Sequence record: DRR723986_5248
Strand: one strand, 5' to 3'
DNA: 55,355 bases
Shown: piece by piece, positions 47,935-55,355 of the stretch
How positions within the stretch are numbered: the stretch's first letter is position 1
Layout of the letters: each line of letters begins with the position of its first letter
Program-made: the position numbers and the translations under genes
The notes under the pieces: model-generated
The model's input: the letters and a program-made list of their open reading frames with translations, nothing else
Told to the model about the DNA's origin: nothing
Databases searched by the model: none

Positions 47935-49491
47935 TTATTTTGGTGACAAATGAACGATCGGAATGATCATTTCCTCCAAAGATACACCTCCATGCTGGAA
48001 AGTATCCTTATAGAAGTTCACATAATAATTGTAATTATTCGGGTATGCAAAGAAATAATCTTCAACGGCAAATACATAAGTAGAAGAAACATTCAGCCGT
48101 GGCAATTTGGCGTCTTCAGGTCTTTTGATTTCAAAAACTTTCCCCTGCTCAAAGTTCAAGTTTTTGCCTTGCTTATACCTCAGGTTTGTAGTCACATTTT
48201 TATCACCTATAATTCTGTAAGGCTTATTAACTCTTTTGGTACCATGATCAGTAGTAATGATCACCTCCGCTCCTGCATCATGAATCTTTTTCAAAAGCTC
48301 AAACAAGGAAGAATGCTCAAACCAACTTGTGGTTAATGATCGGTAAGCTGACTCGTCAGGAGCTAGTTCCCGGATCATTTTCATATCTGTTCGTGCATGA
48401 GAAACCATATCCACGAAGTTATAAACTAAGACATTTAGATCATTTTGAAGGAAAGTATGAAACTGCTCTAACACAGCCTTTCCTTGGTGTGCCTGAATTA
48501 TTTTATTATAGCTGGACTTAATCGACAATCGGTTTTTCTCCAAGTTGATTCTCAACCAGTCCTCTTCGAAGTTATTTTTCCCCTCATCTGAATCCTCATC
48601 TTCCCAGAAATTTGGATAAAATCTCGCCATATCCATTGGCATCATTCCACTGAAGAGTGCATTTCTCGCAAAAGCAGTAGTGGTGGGCAAAATACTATAA
48701 TAAGTATCCTTGTCTTTTATATTGAAATAAGGAGCTATGATCGACTCTATATCCTCCCATTGATCTAATCGAAAATTATCTATCACGATAAAGAACAGCG
48801 GTTTTTTGTCCTGAAGCTGGGGAAAAACCTTTTTCTTCATTACCTGATGCGAAAGCAATGGTTTTACAGGGTTTTTCTCTTCCATCCAATCCAGATAATT
48901 ATCTTTAATGAATCTGCAGAAATTAGCATTCGCTTCTATTTTCTGTGATTCCAGCACAGGAAGCATGTTTTTATTTTCAGTATCATCGATCTGCATCTCC
49001 CAATACGTCAGTTTCCTGTAGATATCTGCCCAATCTTGATGATCTTCAGCATCACCAAATGCCATACTGATATTCATAAAATCCTGCTGATAACTTTGGG
49101 TGGTTCGCTCGTCAATCAACTGCTTGTTTTGAAGTAACTTCTTCACCGAAAGCAAAATCTGGCTTGGGTTAATCGGTTTGATCAGGTAATCAGCAATTTT
49201 CCCTCCGATCGCATCATCCATGATATGTTCTTCTTCACTTTTGGTGATCATCACCACAGGAACTTGAGGCTTCATCTGCTTGATTTGTTGCAAAGTTTCC
49301 AGACCAGTCATTCCAGGCATCATTTCATCTAGAAAAATTACATCAAAGTTTTTTTGCTCTACTTCTTCGATAGCATCCACCCCAGAATTCACCGTGGTAA
49401 TTGCATATCCTTTTTGTTCGAGGAAAAGAATGTGTGGTTTGAGCAAGTCGATTTCATCGTCAGCCCAGAGTATGTTGAATTTTTGAGACAT
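47935..49491 (-). CDS. porX: PorX-type response regulator (REC + PglZ alkaline-phosphatase-like domain)
   Basis: ILWADDEIDLLKPH, DEMMPG, IDNFR, SILPTTTAFARN, TTDHG, FQHGGVSLEEMIIP; conserved porX-tsaE order. Confidence 0.9.
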   Translation of the reverse strand: MSQKFNILWADDEIDLLKPHILFLEQKGYAITTVNSGVDAIEEVEQKNFDVIFLDEMMPGMTGLETLQQIKQMKPQVPVVMITKSEEEHIMDDAIGGKIADYLIKPINPSQILLSVKKLLQNKQLIDERTTQSYQQDFMNISMAFGDAEDHQDWADIYRKLTYWEMQIDDTENKNMLPVLESQKIEANANFCRFIKDNYLDWMEEKNPVKPLLSHQVMKKKVFPQLQDKKPLFFIVIDNFRLDQWEDIESIIAPYFNIKDKDTYYSILPTTTAFARNALFSGMMPMDMARFYPNFWEDEDSDEGKNNFEEDWLRINLEKNRLSIKSSYNKIIQAHQGKAVLEQFHTFLQNDLNVLVYNFVDMVSHARTDMKMIRELAPDESAYRSLTTSWFEHSSLFELLKKIHDAGAEVIITTDHGTKRVNKPYRIIGDKNVTTNLRYKQGKNLNFEQGKVFEIKRPEDAKLPRLNVSSTYVFAVEDYFFAYPNNYNYYVNFYKDTFQHGGVSLEEMIIPIVHLSPK

Positions 49492-49550
49492 TTCAGGTTC
49501 CGTTTCTTTTAAAATTATAATTACTTTTGAGGCAAACAAAAAAGGCCTCC

Positions 49551-50783
49551 TTGAAAAGCCAGAAGATACTAAACGACCCGGTATACGGATTTATCACGAT
49601 CCCAAGCGAGTTGATTTTTACGATTATCGATCACCCATACTTTCAGCGACTGCGGAGAATAAAACAACTGGGTCTGACTGATTTTGTCTATCCCGGTGCT
49701 CTCCATACCCGATTTCATCATGCGATTGGGGCAATGCACTTGATGAGCATTACGCTAGACAATCTACGAAATAAAGGTACTGAAATCACAGACGAAGAAT
49801 ATGAAGCCGCATTAATCGCGATTCTTTTGCATGACATTGGACATGGACCTTTTTCACATGCCTTGGAATACAGCCTACTCAAGGGCGTTCCCCATGAAGA
49901 GCTTTCTCTTTTGACTATAGAACTCTTTAATCAAGAGTTTGGTGGCAAATTAGACCTTACTTTAAGAATATTTAAGAATCAATACGAGCGAAAATTCTTT
50001 CATCAGCTGGTTTCCAGCCAGTTAGACATTGATAGATTGGACTACCTTCAGCGCGATTGTTTTTTCACTGGCGTATCCGAAGGAACTATTGGTGCAGATC
50101 GCATTATCAAGATGATGGATGTGAAAAATGACCAAGTAGTGATCGAAGAAAAAGGAATCTATTCCATTGAAAACTTCCTGAGTGCTCGTCGATTGATGTA
50201 CTGGCAAGTTTACCTTCATAAAACCACCGTCAGTGCGGAGAAAATGCTCATCAAACTGATCGAGCGGGCTCGGTTTCTACGCCAATCAGGCACAAGCTTT
50301 ACAATCACGGAGGAATTTGACTTTCTTTTGAGCCAAAATTTATCTTTGTCCGACTTCCGAACTAATCCAGACTATTTACGATTGTTCCTCGAAATGGACG
50401 ATCTGGATATCTGGGGCGCTATAAAGCTGTGGAAAAATCACCCTGATTACGTCCTTAGAAATATTTCTCAGATGTTTTTGACTCGAAATCTTTTCAAAAT
50501 CAGCTTGACCAACGAGGCGTTTAAGCCTGAAGAAATCGCTCTGCTGAAAGAAAAGACGATTTCCAAATTGGGAATTCCTCCGCAAGACTTAACTTATTTC
50601 TTTTCGCATGGGGCAGTAAGTAACTATGGATACCTCGCTAAGGACAGAATTAATATTTTGACAAAAAAAGGTGAAGTAATCGATGTAGCTCAGGCGGCTG
50701 ACCTACCGAATATAAAAGTCATGAGTAAAATCGTAGAGAAACACTATGTATGTAAGGCCAAAAGCCTAAATTTAGATTATTAA
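49551..50783 (+). CDS. HD-domain phosphohydrolase (SAMHD1/dNTPase-like)
   Basis: DPVYG, FQRLRRIKQLG, HTRFHH, LLHDIGHGPFSH, DIDRLDYL; TTG start downstream of TACTTTTG element at 49522-49529. Confidence 0.9.
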   Translation: MKSQKILNDPVYGFITIPSELIFTIIDHPYFQRLRRIKQLGLTDFVYPGALHTRFHHAIGAMHLMSITLDNLRNKGTEITDEEYEAALIAILLHDIGHGPFSHALEYSLLKGVPHEELSLLTIELFNQEFGGKLDLTLRIFKNQYERKFFHQLVSSQLDIDRLDYLQRDCFFTGVSEGTIGADRIIKMMDVKNDQVVIEEKGIYSIENFLSARRLMYWQVYLHKTTVSAEKMLIKLIERARFLRQSGTSFTITEEFDFLLSQNLSLSDFRTNPDYLRLFLEMDDLDIWGAIKLWKNHPDYVLRNISQMFLTRNLFKISLTNEAFKPEEIALLKEKTISKLGIPPQDLTYFFSHGAVSNYGYLAKDRINILTKKGEVIDVAQAADLPNIKVMSKIVEKHYVCKAKSLNLDY

Positions 50784-50800
50784 CTCCGTTTATATTGTTT

Positions 50801-51823
50801 ATGGAATTTACCCTCGGACAAGTAGCTGCAATCCTACAGGGAATAGTAGAAGGTGACGAAACCCAAAAAGTATCCAGACTGGACAAAATTCAAGAAGGAA
50901 AACAAGGAGGTATTAGTTTTTTGGCGAATGAAAAATACACTCCCTTCATCTATGAAACTGATGCCACAGCGGTAATCGTCTCCACCAGTTTCGTCCCCAC
51001 TAAAACTCTGAAGACTAATTTAATCAGAGTGGAAGATGCCTATACAGGCTTCACCAAATTACTGGAAGCTTATTCCATGTTGATGAAAAGCAGTCTAGTT
51101 GGCGTCGAAGAGCCATGCTTTTTCGATGCTAGTTCGTCGATTGGCGATCAAGCTTTTCGAGGTGCTTTTTCTTACATTGGCAAAAACTGTGTAATCGGTG
51201 ATTCTGTAAAAATCCACAGCCATGTACATATTGGCGACCGTGTAAAAGTAGGAAACAACGTTATTATTCACACTGGAGCCAAAATTTGCGCAGATACAAT
51301 TATTGGAAATAATTGCGAAATCCATCCAGGAGCAGTTATAGGCTCAGATGGGTTTGGCTTTGCTCCGCAGGGAGACGGGAGTTACAAAGCTATACCTCAG
51401 ATTGGGAATGTTATCTTAGAAGACAATGTGAGCGTTGGTGCAAACTCAACTATTGATTGTGCGACTATGGGGTCTACGATAATTAAAAAAGGGGCTAAAA
51501 TCGACAATTTGGTACAAATCGCCCATAATGTGATCATCGGAGAAAATACGGTGGTTGCTTCTCAAACAGGAATTTCAGGATCTACCACAATTGGAAAAAA
51601 TTGTGTGATTGCTGGCAAAGTTGGCATTGTGGGGCATATAACAATTGCTGATAATACCACTATAGGAGCCAATACAGGCATTAGTAAGTCGATCAAAAAA
51701 TCAGGATCTACCTTATTTGGATATATAGCAATGGATATGAAGGATTTCTTAAAATCATATTCAATCTTTAAAAAGCTCGGATCGATAGAAGACCGAATAA
51801 GAGAACTAGAAAAAAAGCAGTAA
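50801..51823 (+). CDS. lpxD: UDP-3-O-acylglucosamine N-acyltransferase
   Basis: Hexapeptide repeats, GSDGFGFAP, KIDNLVQIAHNV. Confidence 0.96.
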   Translation: MEFTLGQVAAILQGIVEGDETQKVSRLDKIQEGKQGGISFLANEKYTPFIYETDATAVIVSTSFVPTKTLKTNLIRVEDAYTGFTKLLEAYSMLMKSSLVGVEEPCFFDASSSIGDQAFRGAFSYIGKNCVIGDSVKIHSHVHIGDRVKVGNNVIIHTGAKICADTIIGNNCEIHPGAVIGSDGFGFAPQGDGSYKAIPQIGNVILEDNVSVGANSTIDCATMGSTIIKKGAKIDNLVQIAHNVIIGENTVVASQTGISGSTTIGKNCVIAGKVGIVGHITIADNTTIGANTGISKSIKKSGSTLFGYIAMDMKDFLKSYSIFKKLGSIEDRIRELEKKQ

Positions 51824-51862
51824 ATTTGCAGCCTTTAGCATGCTGAACGGTTCAAAAATCAG

Positions 51863-53257
51863 ATGAAAGTAAAACAACACACCATTAAAAAGCAGGTGGA
51901 ATTATCCGGAGTGGGACTACATACCGGAGTTATTTCAAACATGACATTCCTCCCTGCACCTCCAAACCACGGATATAAATTTCAGCGAATTGATCTGGAA
52001 GGCAGACCAACCGTAGACGCAGACTGCGACTTGGTGGTAGATGTTTCCAGAGGTACCACATTGGAGCAAAATGGTGCCCGCGTCTATACTGTAGAGCACG
52101 TATTGGCAGCATTGGTAGGTTTAGAAATAGATAATGTACTAATCCAATTGGATGGTCCTGAGCCTCCAATCATGGACGGGTCTTCTATTCAGTTCATCGA
52201 AGTATTAGAAGAAGCAGGTCTAGAAGAGCAAAATGCACTGCGTAGATTCTACGAAGTCCAAGAAAGTATTCAATACAAAGATTCTGCTCGCGAAGTAGAG
52301 ATGGTGGCATTGCCAACAGATAACTATCGCGTCACAGTAATGGTAGATTACAACTCTCCAGTATTGGGTAGTCAGCATGCATCTATCACCGACATTGGCC
52401 AATTCAGATCAGAAATCGCTTCTTGCCGTACTTTTTGTTTTTTGCATGAGCTAGAAATGCTTTACAATTCCAACTTGATTAAAGGTGGAGATTTGAACAA
52501 TGCCATCGTTGTAGTTGATAGAATCGTAGAAGAGAAAGAATTGGTTAATTTGGCTAAGATGTTTAATAAGCCAAAGGTTGAGGTTAAGAAAGAAGGCATT
52601 TTGAATAATGTTGACCTACGCTACCGTAATGAACCAGCTAGACATAAATTACTTGATGTAGTTGGGGATTTAGCCCTTGTGGGACGCCCTTTGAAAGCTC
52701 AGATTATGGCAGCGAGACCTGGTCATGCCGCAAATGTAGCTTTTGCAAAAAAAATCAAGCGTGCGATGGAGAAATCATCTTCTTCCCACATCCCATATTA
52801 CGACCCGAAACTACCTCCTGTAATGGATATCAATCAGATCAGCAGCATTTTGCCGCACAGATATCCATTCCAGCTATTAGATAAAATTATCTACCTAGAT
52901 AATACAGTGGTGGCAGGAGTGAAAAATGTAACTATCAACGAACCTTTCTTTATGGGGCATTTTCCAGCTAACCCGGTGATGCCAGGTGTACTGCAGGTAG
53001 AAGCAATGGCCCAAACAGGTGGAATTTTAGTATTGAGTACAGTGGATGATCCAGAAAATTACTGGACTTATTTCCTGGGAATCGAAAACTGTAAGTTTAG
53101 AAAAATGGTTCTCCCTGGTGATACTCTCATTTTTAAATGTGAACTTTTGGCCCCGATAAGAAGAGGAATAGCAAAAATGCGTGGTGAAGCTTATGTCGGA
53201 AATACACTAGTATGTGAGGCCGTAATGACAGCAAGCATAACCAGAAAAGAATCATGA
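51863..53257 (+). CDS. lpxC: Bifunctional LpxC deacetylase / FabZ dehydratase
   Basis: [22 protein letters not shown] (LpxC); LPHRYPF, GHFP..PVMPGVL (FabZ). Confidence 0.96.
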   Translation: MKVKQHTIKKQVELSGVGLHTGVISNMTFLPAPPNHGYKFQRIDLEGRPTVDADCDLVVDVSRGTTLEQNGARVYTVEHVLAALVGLEIDNVLIQLDGPEPPIMDGSSIQFIEVLEEAGLEEQNALRRFYEVQESIQYKDSAREVEMVALPTDNYRVTVMVDYNSPVLGSQHASITDIGQFRSEIASCRTFCFLHELEMLYNSNLIKGGDLNNAIVVVDRIVEEKELVNLAKMFNKPKVEVKKEGILNNVDLRYRNEPARHKLLDVVGDLALVGRPLKAQIMAARPGHAANVAFAKKIKRAMEKSSSSHIPYYDPKLPPVMDINQISSILPHRYPFQLLDKIIYLDNTVVAGVKNVTINEPFFMGHFPANPVMPGVLQVEAMAQTGGILVLSTVDDPENYWTYFLGIENCKFRKMVLPGDTLIFKCELLAPIRRGIAKMRGEAYVGNTLVCEAVMTASITRKES

Positions 53258-54033
53258 TCAGTCCTTTAGCACATATCGACCCAAAAGCAACAATAGGTAA
53301 AAATGTTCACATCGATCCTTTCACAATGATTGGTGAGAATGTCACTATTGGTGATAACACATGGATCGGACCAAACGTAACTATTTTTTCTGGGGCCAGT
53401 ATAGGTAAAAATTGCAAAATTTTCCCTGGTGCTGTTATTGCCGGAATCCCTCAGGACCTGAAATTCCAAGGAGAAGACTCTACAGTAATGATAGGTGACA
53501 ACACCACCATTCGTGAGTGCGTGACCATCAGCCGTGGTACAGTAGAAAAGCAGACAACCGTAATCGGAAGTCACTGCTTACTTATGGCCTATGTCCATGT
53601 TGCACACGATTGTGTAATCGGGAGCCATGTGATTATAGCCAATTCTGTGCAAATTGCTGGACACGTATCTATTGATGACTGGGCGATCGTGGGTGGATCC
53701 AGTGCTGTTCACCAATTCGTTAAAATTGGTATGCATGCCATGGTTTCTGGTGGTTCTTTGGTTAGAAAAGACGTACCTCCATTCACTAAAGCAGCACGTG
53801 AGCCACTTTCTTATGCAGGTGTCAACTCTCTTGGCTTAAGAAGAAGAGGCTTTTCCAGCGAATCTATTTCCCACATTCAGGAAGTCTATCGCTACCTTTT
53901 CTTAAACAGCATGAATAACAGTCGTGCTTTGGAGGAAATTGAAGTGAATTTACCTGCTACTAAAGAGCGGGATGAAATCTTGAATTTTATCCGCTCTTCT
54001 GAAAGAGGTGTGATGAAAGGCTACATCAATTAA
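53254..54033 (+). CDS. lpxA: UDP-N-acetylglucosamine O-acyltransferase
   Basis: PQDLKF, IRECVTI.RGT, HVAHDC, VHQF, GLRRRGF. Confidence 0.96.
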   Translation: MISPLAHIDPKATIGKNVHIDPFTMIGENVTIGDNTWIGPNVTIFSGASIGKNCKIFPGAVIAGIPQDLKFQGEDSTVMIGDNTTIRECVTISRGTVEKQTTVIGSHCLLMAYVHVAHDCVIGSHVIIANSVQIAGHVSIDDWAIVGGSSAVHQFVKIGMHAMVSGGSLVRKDVPPFTKAAREPLSYAGVNSLGLRRRGFSSESISHIQEVYRYLFLNSMNNSRALEEIEVNLPATKERDEILNFIRSSERGVMKGYIN

Positions 54034-54035
54034 CA

Positions 54036-54656
54036 ATGTTAAAAATCCGCTTAGAAGAAGCTTCAAAACGCTTCCAATACGAATGGGTTTTTAAAAATCT
54101 AAGCCTTGAACTGACTCAAGGAAATTCTTTAGCAATTACAGGAAGTAATGGTTCTGGGAAATCTACTTTACTGAAATGTCTAAGCGGAGCAATCCCTATT
54201 ACATCCGGGAAAATAGAATATTCACTTAATGAGAAATCAATCTCAGAAGCGGATTGGTTTACTTATCTGGCTATTTCCGCTCCCTATATGGAAGTTCCTG
54301 AAGAATTCAGTTTAGAAGAATTGCTCAACTTCCACTTTAAATTTAAAAAGCCCCTTGATTCCATCCCTTTGGAAGAAATCATAGAAAAGCTCTACTTATC
54401 TCAACATAAGTCAAAGCAAATCAGTCAATTTTCTTCCGGAATGAAACAGAGACTTAAACTTGGGCTAGCCCTTTTTTCGGATGTTTCAATTATACTTCTG
54501 GATGAACCAACTTCTAACCTCGACCGTAAGGGTATAGAATGGTATCAGGAAATGATAAATCAATATGCGCAAAACAGAACGCTAGTAATTTGTTCTAATG
54601 AGCCTAGAGAGTACGAGTTTTGTGAACAAAAAATAGCACTTGAAGATTATAAGTGA
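54036..54656 (+). CDS. ABC transporter ATP-binding protein
   Basis: GSNGSGKST, FSSGMKQR, LLDEP. Confidence 0.9.
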   Translation: MLKIRLEEASKRFQYEWVFKNLSLELTQGNSLAITGSNGSGKSTLLKCLSGAIPITSGKIEYSLNEKSISEADWFTYLAISAPYMEVPEEFSLEELLNFHFKFKKPLDSIPLEEIIEKLYLSQHKSKQISQFSSGMKQRLKLGLALFSDVSIILLDEPTSNLDRKGIEWYQEMINQYAQNRTLVICSNEPREYEFCEQKIALEDYK

Positions 54657-54825
54657 ACACTAGCATTAAACTTTAATTTCTATCTTTAAATTCACTGGTA
54701 ATTAAGTTTTACGCCTATCTATTCGATCATATTGAAAACATTAAGCGTTTGAATTTCCCAAGACCTAATAGCTAGCAGAAAAAAATCGCAATCCCAACTA
54801 TCCTCTGAAAAACAAATATAAACAT

Positions 54826-55311
54826 ATGAAATCTTCTATAATTAGGCTTTGTATCCTAGCGTTTGCCATGTGCATTATTCAAAGTTGTGGTGGAGACGAT
54901 CCTGATCCTGATCCAATCAAAACTCCTGAACAAATAGCCACGGAAGCATTAACAGGTACAGGTACTCAAACGTGGGGGGTCGATGGCGGCGGATCTGTCC
55001 TTCGTGACGGCACGGCGGTTACAGACCTATATTCCGGTTTTGAACTGGTATTGACCTCAGGGTCATCTAAAACATACACTTCCAGAAACAATAATGATAT
55101 TTTTGATGCTTCGGGCTCCTGGTCTTTCGCCGGTACAAACTTCGACAAGTTTATGCTCTCAGGAACCAAGCCAGCCGCTGGAAGGGAAATTTCTTTTACG
55201 CAAACCAACAGTAATTTAACACTTACCTTCACAATCCCTGCCCCAGGTGCACGTGTAAATGGTGTATTAGCTGTTGCAGGAAATTACACTTTCAATCTAC
55301 TTAAGAAATAA
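54826..55311 (+). CDS. Hypothetical lipoprotein (possibly lipocalin-like beta-barrel)
   Basis: Lipobox IQSC followed by acidic GGDDPDPDP; LTG..TW and GSWSF motifs. Confidence 0.75.
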   Translation: MKSSIIRLCILAFAMCIIQSCGGDDPDPDPIKTPEQIATEALTGTGTQTWGVDGGGSVLRDGTAVTDLYSGFELVLTSGSSKTYTSRNNNDIFDASGSWSFAGTNFDKFMLSGTKPAAGREISFTQTNSNLTLTFTIPAPGARVNGVLAVAGNYTFNLLKK

Positions 55312-55330
55312 CCTGACTTAATCTTTAAAC

Positions 55331-55355
55331 AAAAATGGGGAGCAAATTTGCTCCC
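55331..55355. terminator. Terminator-like palindrome at window edge
   Basis: A-run then GGGAGCAAATTTGCTCCC perfect palindrome, truncated by window end. Confidence 0.5.

Noticed and set aside
47935-49491. PglZ domain as a sign of a BREX defence system
   Set aside because: The N-terminal REC domain and tsaE linkage identify PorX, and no brxC, pglX or brxL is present.
51863-53257. LpxC-FabZ fusion as a novelty
   Set aside because: The fusion is standard in Bacteroidota.
252-55232. Numerous 60-130 aa ORFs antisense to or nested in long genes (e.g. 3028-3396, 27228-27545, 47950-48336)
   Set aside because: They are shadow ORFs overlapping well-supported genes and carry no recognisable motifs.

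Overview
This is a 55 kb chromosomal window from a Bacteroidota genome. Gene content and TAnnTTTG promoters suggest Cytophagales, probably an Algoriphagus-like Cyclobacteriaceae member; this is inferred, not searched. Most of it is housekeeping: purF-type GATase, folD, lepA, ppa, ald, tsaE, porX, lpxD, lpxC-fabZ, lpxA and tRNA-Leu(GAG). The most interesting element is a tightly coupled minus-strand operon at 39491-45624. It encodes a ThiF-nitroreductase di-domain enzyme (Rv1355c/OxzB-like), a LuxI/FeeM-like acyltransferase, a 7TM-DISM sensor kinase and a receiver-kinase hybrid, with a divergent paralogous receiver at 45819-46292. That layout suggests a 'signal synthase + cognate receptor' circuit using an N-acyl amino acid or oxazolone. 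Other points of interest: an uncharacterised SSS-GH88-flavin reductase-SDR catabolic operon; a four-helix-bundle gene embedded in 7-bp-periodic arrays, with similar arrays in other intergenic gaps; a PPP-ending leader ORF before SulP/carbonic anhydrase; an unannotated Asp/Asn beta-hydroxylase pseudogene; a 23-aa ORF with its own terminator; and an orphan beta-helix gene at the tRNA-Leu 3' end. All calls come from motif recognition by eye, and no searches were run.
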